Assembly (NCBI GenBank): GCA_963805085.1
Contig: CAWDTA010000005.1
Coordinates: forward strand, 640,001 to 704,000
Direction of reading: 5' to 3'
DNA: 64,000 nucleotides
From: an uncultured Veillonellaceae bacterium
GTDB lineage: Bacteria; Bacillota; Negativicutes; JARBTT01
The notes beneath the pieces were generated by a model. It saw only the letters and a list, made by a program, of their open reading frames with translations, did not search any database and was not told where the DNA came from. The position numbers were made by a program, and so were the translations under genes. Positions within the stretch are counted from its first letter, which is position 1. Every line of letters starts with the position of its first letter. Shown one piece after another: positions 55,363 through 64,000 of the stretch.

Positions 55363-55718
55363 TGTGAGTATGAAAGATGATCGCGAGTGCCTTTGGGGCA
55401 TTTGAGGAAAGTCCGGGCTCCGTAGGGCAGGGTGCTGGATAACGTCCAGCGAGGGTGACCTCAGGGAAAGTGCTATAGAAATTTAAACCGCCTAACTTTG
55501 TTAGGTAAGGATGGAAAGGTGCGGTAAGAGCGCACCAGCAATTAGGTGACTAATTGGCTCGGTAAACCCCACTTGGAGCAAGACCGAATAGGGAAGGGAT
55601 GATGCTGCCCGCTGAACCTTCCGGGTTGTGTCGCTTGAATCGTTAGGTAACTAATGTATCTAGATAAATGATCATCACCGCGTGAGCGGAACAAAACTCG
55701 GCTTATTGATTACTCACA
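55363..55718 (+). ncRNA. rnpB: RNase P RNA (type A)
   Basis: GAGGAAAGTCCGGGCTC, GGTAAACCCC..GGAGCAAG, ACAAAACTCGGCTTA; P1 TGTGAGTA/TACTCACA. Confidence 0.97.
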
Positions 55719-56012
55719 TTTTACAATGTAATAAATGCTAACATATGGAGAAGCGGTTGATTTTTATCAACCGCTTCTCTTCGATTATATCATAATAAAT
55801 GTATACTATTTTCTTGACAAGCTTTGTAAAAAGTTGCTACAATAATAGGGAACTAAAAAAGAGAAATAATTTATAAATTTTCATTGTATTTTATATTGAA
55901 AAGCGAGTTTTTAAGTCGACAAAGATGTCAACTTCTAAAAGGGAGATTGATGTCTTTTTGCTGTCTTTCTTGGAAATAAAATGCAAAATGAATAAGGAGA
56001 GGCTGTTGACAA

Positions 56013-56858
56013 ATGCAAAAAATGAAAAAAATAATTACTTTGGTGCTTTGCTTTGCTATGTTTACGAGTTTAGTTGTACTTACAGGGTGTTCCTCTGACA
56101 AAAAGGAAGCAAGTAAGAAAGTCCTTCGTGTTGGTATGGAATGTGGGTATGCTCCATTTAACTGGACGCAAACAACAGATGAAAATGGCGCGGTAAAAAT
56201 TGCTGGTACTTCTGAATATGCTTATGGCTATGATGTTATTATGGCAAAAAAACTTGCAGAATCTATGGGCTATGATCTTGAAATTCATAAAATTGAGTGG
56301 GATGGCCTGGCTCCAGCTGTTAGTGCTGGTAAAGTAGATGCAGTAATTGCTGGGATGAGTATTACTAGTAAACGTAAAGAAAGTGTTGACTTCTCTTCCG
56401 TTTATTATAATGCTTCTATCGTTGCACTTACACAAAAAGATAGTCCTTTTGCTCAAGCAAAAAATGTAGCTGATTTACAAGGCGCAGTGGCAACTTCTCA
56501 GCTTAATACAATTTGGTATGATTTAATCAAACAAATTCCAGATGCAAAAATTCAACCTGCAATTGATAATGTACCTGGTATGATTGTTGCTTTAGCTTCT
56601 GGGAAAGTTCAAGTTCTAGTTTTAGATAAACCAACTGCGATGGCAGCAGCTTTTTCTAATCCAAATTTAGTGATGTTAGATTTCAAAGATGATAAAGGTT
56701 TTGAAGCATCTCAAGAAGATGTTGAAATGGGGATTGCTGTGAAAAAAGGTAACAGCGACTTGTTGAAACAATTGAATGAAAAACTTGGTAGCATCAGTGA
56801 AAGTGACCGCAATAAAATGATGGAAGAAGCAATTCAAAAGCAGCCTCTATCAAAATAA
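56013..56858 (+). CDS. Polar amino-acid ABC transporter, substrate-binding lipoprotein
   Basis: Lipobox LTGC, GMECGYAPFNW, AGMSIT. Confidence 0.93.
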   Translation: MQKMKKIITLVLCFAMFTSLVVLTGCSSDKKEASKKVLRVGMECGYAPFNWTQTTDENGAVKIAGTSEYAYGYDVIMAKKLAESMGYDLEIHKIEWDGLAPAVSAGKVDAVIAGMSITSKRKESVDFSSVYYNASIVALTQKDSPFAQAKNVADLQGAVATSQLNTIWYDLIKQIPDAKIQPAIDNVPGMIVALASGKVQVLVLDKPTAMAAAFSNPNLVMLDFKDDKGFEASQEDVEMGIAVKKGNSDLLKQLNEKLGSISESDRNKMMEEAIQKQPLSK

Positions 56859-56939
56859 GTCAGGGGTAAAACTAATTTTTGGGACGGGATAACCGTCCCT
56901 TATTTTAAGTTAAAATATAATATCAAGGTGGAAAATGTT

Positions 56940-57740
56940 ATGACAACAAATATGCCGGTAACTTTTTTCGAGTGGGTTTATTTTTTATTAAACCAATATG
57001 GCGCTATGTTAGTAAAGGGCGCAATGGTCACTCTTCTACTTGCATTAGTAGGTACATTTATAGGTTGTATTATAGGTTTGTTGGTTGGGATTGTACAAAC
57101 AGTACCAGTCAATCCGAGAGCAAGTAGGGTAACAAGGTGTTTTTATAAGACAATACAATTTATTTTAGCTACTTATATAGAAATATTTCGTGGAACGCCA
57201 ATGATTGTACAAGCGATGGTTGTATATTATGGTTCTATGAGCATGTTTAATATCGATATGTCAGCTATGTTTGCTGGGTTCTTAGTCGTATCGATTAATA
57301 CTGGGGCCTACATGGCAGAAACAGTACGTGGTGGGATTTACTCGGTTGATTTTGGGCAGACCGAAGCAGCGAAGGCAATAGGGATGAATCATTTTCAAAC
57401 AATGTGTAATGTTGTTTTACCGCAAGCATTCCGTAATATCATGCCGCAAATTGGCAATAATTTAATTATCAATATTAAAGATACATCGGTATTGAATGTA
57501 ATATCGGTAACGGAATTATATTTTGCTTCAAAAACGGCGGCTGGAGTTTATTATAAATATTTTGAGGTATTCTTTATCACGTGTGTAATTTACTTTATTT
57601 TGACTTTTACTGTATCTAGATTATTACGTTGGATTGAAAGAAAGATGGATGGTTCAAATAACTACTCTTTAGTAGAATACGATCCTATGGCTGATCCTTG
57701 TGGCCCTTTTGATATAGCGAATAAGAAAGGCAGAAATTAA
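56940..57740 (+). CDS. Amino-acid ABC transporter permease
   Basis: FRGTP, AYMAETVRGG, GQTEAA, IKDTS. Confidence 0.95.
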   Translation: MTTNMPVTFFEWVYFLLNQYGAMLVKGAMVTLLLALVGTFIGCIIGLLVGIVQTVPVNPRASRVTRCFYKTIQFILATYIEIFRGTPMIVQAMVVYYGSMSMFNIDMSAMFAGFLVVSINTGAYMAETVRGGIYSVDFGQTEAAKAIGMNHFQTMCNVVLPQAFRNIMPQIGNNLIINIKDTSVLNVISVTELYFASKTAAGVYYKYFEVFFITCVIYFILTFTVSRLLRWIERKMDGSNNYSLVEYDPMADPCGPFDIANKKGRN

Positions 57741-57743
57741 TAT

Positions 57744-58508
57744 ATGGAAAAGAGAACACTACAAATAAATGAAAAACCTATTTTAGAGGTCAAGCATTTA
57801 GTGAAATATTTTGGTGAACGTGAAATCTTAAAAGATATTGACTTTAGCATTCATAAGGGGGATGTTGTTAGTATCATTGGTGCATCCGGTTCCGGTAAAT
57901 CGACGATGCTTCGTTGTATTAATATGCTAGAGGTGCCTACATCCGGGCAGATTATTTATATGGATAAGTCAATTACTGATACGGACAAGGCAATTACACT
58001 TTATAGAACAAAAGTTGGCATGGTATTTCAACAGTTTAATTTATTTAACAATATGACTGTTTTACAAAATTGCATGGTCGGGCCTGTAAAAGTTTTAAAG
58101 CAAGATAAAGAAGTAGCAAGAAAAAGTGCATTGAAATATTTAAATAAAGTTGGTATGGCACAATATATCAATGCGAAGCCAAGTCAATTGTCCGGTGGTC
58201 AAAAACAAAGAATTGCAATTGCTAGAGCACTAGTGATTGAACCAGAAGTTTTACTATTTGATGAGCCGACTTCAGCTTTAGATCCGCAAATGGTTGGTGA
58301 GGTACTTGCTGTTATGCGTGATCTTGCGAAAGAAGGACTAACAATGATTATTGTTACTCATGAAATGGCATTTGCGCGCGATGTATCGACGCGGGTTGTA
58401 TTTATGGCCGATGGCTTGATTGCTGAAGATGCAGCGCCAAACGAATTATTTAATCATCCAAAGAATCCTCGCACGAAAGAATTTTTAGCAAGATTTACAA
58501 ATAATTAA
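57744..58508 (+). CDS. Amino-acid ABC transporter ATPase
   Basis: [26 protein letters not shown]. Confidence 0.96.
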   Translation: MEKRTLQINEKPILEVKHLVKYFGEREILKDIDFSIHKGDVVSIIGASGSGKSTMLRCINMLEVPTSGQIIYMDKSITDTDKAITLYRTKVGMVFQQFNLFNNMTVLQNCMVGPVKVLKQDKEVARKSALKYLNKVGMAQYINAKPSQLSGGQKQRIAIARALVIEPEVLLFDEPTSALDPQMVGEVLAVMRDLAKEGLTMIIVTHEMAFARDVSTRVVFMADGLIAEDAAPNELFNHPKNPRTKEFLARFTNN

Positions 58509-58648
58509 AATAAGTGCTTAAAGTGTGAACCTGCATTTTGAGCACTTATTTTTAGGAAAAGCTATCATAAGATTGCTGATATTTTTCAGAATTATTTGTT
58601 ACAATATACAAGAATTGTTTTATTGTAATGAAGTTTCAGGAGGTTAAA

Positions 58649-59608
58649 ATGAAATTAATATCAATTGTTGTGCCAGTATTCAATGAAGAAGATAATATTG
58701 AACATTTTTATACAGAAATTTGCAAGGTTATGGGGTCTTTACCTTATGATTTTGAATTAATGTTTATTGATGATGGATCTAAGGATGCAAGTATCTTTAT
58801 ACTTGACCGTTTAGCACAGAAAGACAATCGAGTAAAACCGCTTTATTTAGCGCGTAATTTTGGGCATCAAATTGCATTGACTTGTGGGCTTGATCATGCA
58901 AATGGCGACGCTGTTATTACGATGGATGGTGACATGCAGCATCCACCATCCTTTTTACCAATTTTAATTGAAAAATGGGAACAGGGATATGAGGTTGTTC
59001 AAACTATACGTAAAACGACAGAAGGAGTTTCTTGGATTAAGAATGCTACGTCAGACTTGTTCTATAAATTAATGAATTCATTGTCTAAGGTGAAAATTCA
59101 ACCAGGTGGATCGGATTTTCGGTTAATGGATCAATGTGTTGTAGAAAGTTTTCGCCGTTATAAAGAACGGGCTAGATTTATTCGTGGTATGATTGGAGCC
59201 ATTGGTTATAAACAAGTTCAAATTGAATTTGTCGCCCCGAAACGATTTGCTGGTAATTCAAAATTTTCTATCAATAAAATGTTACATTTTGCATTGGATG
59301 GGATTACTTCTTATTCTACAAAACCACTTAGGTTTGCTTTTTATATGGGAGTGATTTTTGGTGTAATTAGCCTTGGTGTTACTTCTCACGTTATTTATAT
59401 CAAGTGGTTTACCGAAGATGCGGTACCTGGTTGGGCAACGATATCAGCTAGTATTTTATTTTTGGGAGGATTACAGCTGATTGGAATTGGTATCATTGGT
59501 GAGTATGTAGGCCGTATTTTTGAAGAGGTGAAACAAAGACCACTTTATTTTGTCCGGCATGAACCGAATATTTTAGATAAAAAATCAATGATTGATAATA
59601 AAAATTAA
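58649..59608 (+). CDS. GT2 polyisoprenyl-phosphate glycosyltransferase (GtrB/CsbB-like)
   Basis: VVPVFNEE, DDGSKD, RNFGH, DGDMQHPP, two C-terminal TM segments. Confidence 0.92.
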   Translation: MKLISIVVPVFNEEDNIEHFYTEICKVMGSLPYDFELMFIDDGSKDASIFILDRLAQKDNRVKPLYLARNFGHQIALTCGLDHANGDAVITMDGDMQHPPSFLPILIEKWEQGYEVVQTIRKTTEGVSWIKNATSDLFYKLMNSLSKVKIQPGGSDFRLMDQCVVESFRRYKERARFIRGMIGAIGYKQVQIEFVAPKRFAGNSKFSINKMLHFALDGITSYSTKPLRFAFYMGVIFGVISLGVTSHVIYIKWFTEDAVPGWATISASILFLGGLQLIGIGIIGEYVGRIFEEVKQRPLYFVRHEPNILDKKSMIDNKN

Positions 59609-59685
59609 TAAAAAGATTAATAATAGTGCCTGTTGGCAGGAAAATATAAAGTTTTGTCGAACGTAAGTATAATATTGAGTATAAA

Positions 59686-59835
59686 TAAGCCGAATCTAAC
59701 TCAAGAGCGGGGGAACCATTGTTTTGGGGTGAATTTTGTATTGATTTGTATGTTAGTTGTATGTTAGCATGCAAGGTAATATATAATGGGTGACTCTACT
59801 ACCCAAACCCGTCAGCTAACCTCGTAGGCAAAACG
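59686..59835 (+). promoter_or_regulatory. c-di-AMP (ydaO/yuaA) riboswitch
   Basis: GCCGAATC, GGGGGAACC, TTTTGGGGTGAA, ACCCGTCAGCTAACCTCGTAGGC. Confidence 0.93.
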
Positions 59836-59851
59836 AGAGAGGAGTGACCTT

Positions 59852-60508
59852 TTGATTAAGGCATTACGTGTATTAGCACTATCCTTATTAATGGTAAGTT
59901 GGTTTTCCGTTGCAAATGCATCTGCAATTAGAATGGGGGACCAAGGTGACGAGGTAACACAACTCCAAAGTGCCTTAGCTAGTTTAGGTTATAGTGTCGC
60001 TATTGATGGGGATTTTGGTTCAGCGACAGCAAGAGCGGTGAAAGCATTCCAAGAATCTAGAGGGTTAGAAGCAGATGGACTTGTCGGCGCTGCAACATAT
60101 CGAGCGTTAATGGGACGTGAACTTCCTGAAGTAAGTCGTGGTGGTTCTTATGTTGCAAGACGAATTGTACAAACATCATTCCAATACATCGGTGTTCCGT
60201 ATGTATTTGGTGGTACAACTCCAAGTGGTTTTGATTGTTCTGGATTTGTACGTTATGTATATGCCAATGCAGGGATTTCGTTACCTAGAGCTGCGGATGA
60301 GCAATTTGAAAGCGGCTATGCGGTATCTAATTTACAACCTGGTGATTTGGTATTCTTTTCTACATATACTTATGGAGCTTCTCACTCCGGAATTTATCTA
60401 GGCAACGGTAAATTTATTAGCGCTACTTCGAGTAGTGGCGTAAGAATTGATAACCTTTATGATGGGTATTGGGGTTCATGTTATATTGGAGCTCGCAGAG
60501 TTATTTAG
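59852..60508 (+). CDS. NlpC/P60 peptidoglycan endopeptidase with PG-binding domain
   Basis: Signal peptide, DGDFG..T..AV..FQ, GVPYVFGG..PSGFDCSG, SHSGIY. Confidence 0.95.
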   Translation: MIKALRVLALSLLMVSWFSVANASAIRMGDQGDEVTQLQSALASLGYSVAIDGDFGSATARAVKAFQESRGLEADGLVGAATYRALMGRELPEVSRGGSYVARRIVQTSFQYIGVPYVFGGTTPSGFDCSGFVRYVYANAGISLPRAADEQFESGYAVSNLQPGDLVFFSTYTYGASHSGIYLGNGKFISATSSSGVRIDNLYDGYWGSCYIGARRVI

Positions 60509-60598
60509 TTCGTTTGATTGAGGAGACTTTGTCTCCTCTATTTTTATGCACTTTGTGAATAAGCCAACGATGAATTAATAAATTCTTTAATATTGATC

Positions 60599-60735
60599 AT
60601 AATGCATAGATTTATCTTATTTAGCTCTGAGTAAGATAAATCTATGCATTATTTTTGCTTTTATTCTTAAAATATGGGTAAAAATAAAGCTGGCGATTGC
60701 AAATAATTTATTTGCAATCGCCGGCTTTATTTTTA
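60599..60735. terminator. Two long hairpins between convergent genes
   Basis: Near-perfect inverted repeats at 60599-60652 and 60679-60735. Confidence 0.7.
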
Positions 60736-60822
60736 ATCAGCGAAGATGTCATCCCAAGCAGAATAGACAATCATCGAAACAATGGAGAAAAATATAATAA
60801 CGTCTCCTAGATAATTTTCCAT
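60733..60822 (-). CDS. 29-aa single-TM small protein (absent from the ORF track)
   Basis: GAAAGGAA RBS, ATG start, MENYLGDVIIFFSIVSMIVYSAWDDIFAD; stop codon abuts a terminator hairpin. Confidence 0.6.
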   Translation of the reverse strand: MENYLGDVIIFFSIVSMIVYSAWDDIFAD

Positions 60823-60868
60823 AGTGTGTGTTCCTTTCGACAGAAAATAAATTTCCAATCATTTCTTA

Positions 60869-60897
60869 GCACAATGTTTCTTTGCTAACCATATGAT
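60869..60897 (+). promoter_or_regulatory. SigK/SigE-type promoter of sigK
   Basis: AC-N17-CATATGAT. Confidence 0.6.
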
Positions 60898-60925
60898 AAA
60901 GCACAGACTGAGCGGAGGTGTTACT

Positions 60926-61414
60926 GTGTCCATTTTATTAGCATTGCTGGGTGCAATGGGAAAAAGTATCATGTTATTTGTTGCCTATATTACACAAAAT
61001 ACATTTCCCTTGCCGTTATCAGAAAAAGAGGAACAAGTTTATCTAACTAAACTTGCCGAAGGCGATGAATCGGCAAAAAGTGTACTTATTGAGCGAAATT
61101 TACGATTGGTCGCACATATCGTTAAAAAGTTTGATAACACTGGCGAAGACATAGACGATCTTATATCAATTGGGACGATTGGATTAATCAAAGCAATCAA
61201 TACCTTTGATACCAATAAAAAAATACGTCTTGCTACCTATGCAGCAAGATGTATTGAAAATGAAATTTTGATGCACCTGCGTAGTACCAGACGTGTGCGC
61301 TCGGAAGTGAGTCTATATGATCCAATTGGCATTGATAAAGAAGGTAATGAATTTACATTTATTGTAATTTACTGTATTGTGTATAAACAAAATCAATATC
61401 TTATTATAACTTAA
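60926..61414 (+). CDS. sigK: Pro-SigK, 5' half only (spoIVCB-like); homology ends at ~61350
   Basis: Hydrophobic pro-sequence, [60 protein letters not shown], then non-homologous AT-rich sequence and no region 4. Confidence 0.93.
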   Translation: MSILLALLGAMGKSIMLFVAYITQNTFPLPLSEKEEQVYLTKLAEGDESAKSVLIERNLRLVAHIVKKFDNTGEDIDDLISIGTIGLIKAINTFDTNKKIRLATYAARCIENEILMHLRSTRRVRSEVSLYDPIGIDKEGNEFTFIVIYCIVYKQNQYLIIT

Positions 61415-61445
61415 TATAGAAAAAAATGAAAGGCAGTCCTGCCTT

Positions 61446-63014
61446 TTAATTTGAGAGTAGTGGATGAATGACAAGGGTGAATTCATCTTTTTTTTGCGCT
61501 TTTTCTTTGCGATACGTCGTGTGATTAAGGACCGTCTTTAAAAGTTGATTTTTCTTAGCTGGATTATCTGAGTTATAGTATATTTCAAGCAAGTCTTCTA
61601 ATTTAGGTATAATATCAGTTTTAACTTTTTCATTAGACAAAGATGTTGATACTAGTTTTTCTGTTTCTTCAATTGCAGTTTCAGTATCTTTTATTTTACG
61701 GGCTATTTTTTTAGAACGATCTAAGAAGGTAGCCGTATCATAAATATTTTTTTCTAGCAAGTCATGTAATCGATCTTTTTGCATATGAAGTGTTTTTGAT
61801 TCTTTTTTTAGATTTTCTAGAGCTTTTGCTTTGATATCTATAATTGTTTTGTCATTGTTTTGCGGTTCATTGCTCCATTGTGCTTTGTATTTTGTTAACC
61901 AGAGTGATAAGCCAGCTAATAATTTTTGTTCAACGTAGGTGAAGCGTGAGCTTTTATTAGGGCAATTTCTGTTGTAACAAACTATGTGGGCAGCTTGCTT
62001 TACATAAGGACGATATACCATGCTGGCCCCACACATATCGCACTTTACTAAACCAGCTAGGGGATTTGTTATTCGAGTAAGCTGTTGATAGGGTGGATGA
62101 TACTTTTTTTTTATCATTGCTTGAACTTCTTTAAATTCTTCCATAGATACGTAAGGTTCATGTGTGTTTGGTATTAAGATTTGTTCATCAAGGGGGCGTG
62201 TTTTAACCTCACGGCGTTTATTTGGATTCGTAGACTTCTTCGTTTCTTTTTTTCTCCACGCATTTACACCTGCGTATGCTGGATTTTTGAGCATATTCAG
62301 AACACTTGCACTCGTCCAGTTAATACCAGTATAAGAAGCGTAACCAAGTTGGTTTAATTCATTGGCTATCTTACTAGATCCTATATGTTCCGAGCGGTAT
62401 AATTGCCAAATTAATTCAGTTGGCTCACGTTGCTCTGAATTTTTAACTAAATATCGCCGTCCGAGTTTGTTATCATATTCAATCAAGTAGCCATAAGGGG
62501 GATAAGTTCCTAAATAATTTCCTTCATCGATAGAACGTAAGCGTCCTGATTGTAACCGACGATTGATTATTTTTAATTCTTTCCGTGCCATAAATGCTTC
62601 AAACTCTGTATATTCTTCATCAAACTCATCATTTAAGTCATAAATTTTGCGTGGAGTAACAATTTTTGTCTTAGCAGTTTTAAAGGTTTCTAGAATTAAA
62701 CCTTGATCTTGCATTCCGCCGCGACCTAAACGGTCAATATCCATACAGAGTACAGACTTCCAAATTCCAGATTCAATTTCCTTTAGAAGCTCAAGCATTT
62801 GCGGGCGATGGATGATACTTTCACCAGAAACGACTTCTTCAAATATTTTAGTAGCGTTAATGCTATAATCTTTCGCGAGTTTAACTAATGCTTTGCGATG
62901 CTTGGCAAGCGTTTCACCCTCACCACGCGTCTCAGCTTCTTGGTCTTCACGTGATTTACGAAGATAGAAGCAAGCGGGTTCTAAGGCTGTCGTAGAAATA
63001 GATTTTTTTTGCAT
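61446..63014 (-). CDS. Large serine recombinase (522 aa; likely true start 63014)
   Basis: GAGGTG RBS, YLRKSR catalytic motif, EEVVSG..RP, DIDRLGR, PPYGY, NPAYAG, HEP, zinc ribbon CDMCG, coiled coil. Confidence 0.95.
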   Translation of the reverse strand: MQKKSISTTALEPACFYLRKSREDQEAETRGEGETLAKHRKALVKLAKDYSINATKIFEEVVSGESIIHRPQMLELLKEIESGIWKSVLCMDIDRLGRGGMQDQGLILETFKTAKTKIVTPRKIYDLNDEFDEEYTEFEAFMARKELKIINRRLQSGRLRSIDEGNYLGTYPPYGYLIEYDNKLGRRYLVKNSEQREPTELIWQLYRSEHIGSSKIANELNQLGYASYTGINWTSASVLNMLKNPAYAGVNAWRKKETKKSTNPNKRREVKTRPLDEQILIPNTHEPYVSMEEFKEVQAMIKKKYHPPYQQLTRITNPLAGLVKCDMCGASMVYRPYVKQAAHIVCYNRNCPNKSSRFTYVEQKLLAGLSLWLTKYKAQWSNEPQNNDKTIIDIKAKALENLKKESKTLHMQKDRLHDLLEKNIYDTATFLDRSKKIARKIKDTETAIEETEKLVSTSLSNEKVKTDIIPKLEDLLEIYYNSDNPAKKNQLLKTVLNHTTYRKEKAQKKDEFTLVIHPLLSN

Positions 63015-63219
63015 ATACTTTAATATCACCTCAATATGCGAATTGTGTTCGAAGCAAACACAAAATCTTTCTTTTTTAATAAATTCTAAAATGAAAGGTT
63101 TTAGAATTAAAGCTCCCCAAATTAATAAAAATAAGTATTTGATTGTAAAATAAATCATATAAAATAGGGCAGTCCTCGATGATAGATCGCATACACATTC
63201 TAGTGAGGAGTGTGATTCG

Positions 63220-63411
63220 ATGGCGAAGCCAGATAGAGAACCAGATAAAACGATTAAAATAGGGAGTACAACTATACATTTTTTTGCACCGTTACCTATA
63301 ACAGAGGAGGAGTTACAAAAAAGATTAGATAAAGTACAGGAGGCAAGTTGGGAGTGCTGGAACTCTTTATCGGAGGAGGAACAATTAGAACTAAATAGCA
63401 AATACAAGTAA
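63220..63411 (+). CDS. 63-aa hypothetical protein divergent from the recombinase (candidate directionality factor)
   Basis: GAGGAG RBS and clean ORF; the function is inferred from position and size only. Confidence 0.7.
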   Translation: MAKPDREPDKTIKIGSTTIHFFAPLPITEEELQKRLDKVQEASWECWNSLSEEEQLELNSKYK

Positions 63412-63639
63412 AAAAATCCTATGTGAAAACAGTGGAGTGAGTGGTAACCGTACATTCAGTAGCTAGCAAGATAGAGCATGCTTTTATTTTTATTATCTTT
63501 TCAGTTTTTTATATGGTAGAATAATAAAATCAATACGAAAAACCGCTCTCATTTAGAGGGCGGTTTTAATTTAAAAGGATTTGGTTCATATTATAAAAAC
63601 GAGTATTGATTAAGAGTGATAAACTGGAGGTATTTATCT

Positions 63640-64000
63640 ATGGATTTCACATTGGAAACTCCTGCGAATATTAACGAATTGGTTAAGCAGGCGAGTGATA
63701 AAACAAGTTGGCGTAACAGGTTAGCAGCAGTGGAGGAACTAAGTAAATGGAAGTGCGACGAATCTATTGATATAGTTACAAAGCTAGCTACTAGTGATTT
63801 AGTTTTCAAAGTAAAAGAACGGGCTTTTGAAGTTGCCCAAGCTTTTGGGGTAGAAAAGAATGGAAAACCGATTTATTTAGATAAAAAGTCTAAAGTAAGT
63901 CCAATAAAGTTTATTAATAAAAAAATCTTTAAAGTGGCAAGCCATCTAAAAATAGATATTGATGATTTTAATATGGATGAATTCAAAGCAACTTTTCAAA
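63640..64000 (+). CDS. HEAT-repeat-like protein, 3'-truncated (element cargo)
   Basis: GGAGG RBS; translated by hand: MDFTLETPANINELVKQASDKTSWRNRLAAVEELSKWKCDESIDIVTKLATSDLVFKVKERAF... Confidence 0.7.
   Translation, partial: MDFTLETPANINELVKQASDKTSWRNRLAAVEELSKWKCDESIDIVTKLATSDLVFKVKERAFEVAQAFGVEKNGKPIYLDKKSKVSPIKFINKKIFKVASHLKIDIDDFNMDEFKATFQ

Larger units (their letters stand above)
61346..64000. mobile_element. Left part of a sigK-intervening (skin-like) element; right end outside the window
   Basis: sigK homology stops at AATGA (61346-61350), a serine recombinase is adjacent, and backbone genes are replaced by cargo. Confidence 0.85.

Noticed and set aside
61351-61414. C-terminal tail FTFIVIYC... 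of the sigK ORF as a real domain
   Set aside because: Read-through into AT-rich element sequence past the junction.
63015-63455. 147-aa N-terminal extension of the recombinase in the ORF track
   Set aside because: It is antisense to the 63-aa ORF and unlike any recombinase domain. The RBS and catalytic motif point to the ATG at 63014.

Overview
Low-GC chromosomal window from a spore-forming Negativicute (Selenomonadales/Sporomusaceae-like). This is inferred from sporulation genes (gpr, spoIIP, yqfCD, sigK) sitting alongside outer-membrane/LPS genes (a GT9 heptosyltransferase and an LptA/OstA-like protein). Most of the window is the conserved Firmicute backbone: comEA-comEC-holA / rpsT / gpr-spoIIP-lepA-hemW-hrcA-grpE-dnaK-dnaJ-prmA-rsmE-mtaB-HIT-rpsU-yqeY-nfeD-floA-yqfCD-phoH-pgpH-ybeY-dgkA-era-recO-glyQS-dGTPase-dnaG-rpoD-tRNAs-trmK-nif3. 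After it come a TPP-riboswitch thiSGHFE operon, RNase P RNA, an amino-acid ABC transporter and a c-di-AMP-riboswitch NlpC/P60 gene. Main departures from the backbone: (1) sigK is cut at ...DKEGNE (AATGA) and followed by a large serine recombinase, a small divergent ORF and cargo, i.e. the left end of a skin-like element that is probably excised during development; (2) a self-contained cassette at 1.2-2.1 kb with a promoter- and terminator-flanked cloverleaf antisense RNA, an attenuator-like hairpin series, a coupled leader ORF and an unknown ORF; (3) a GntR / ATC-hydrolase-family / cysteine desulfidase / permease islet between tRNA-Glu and tRNA-Val; (4) an archaeal-like group III chaperonin inside the dnaK operon; (5) a 1-nt frameshift in rpoD; (6) small genes missing from the ORF track (rpsU, yqzL, a 29-aa membrane peptide). 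All family assignments come from motif recognition by eye; no searches were run.
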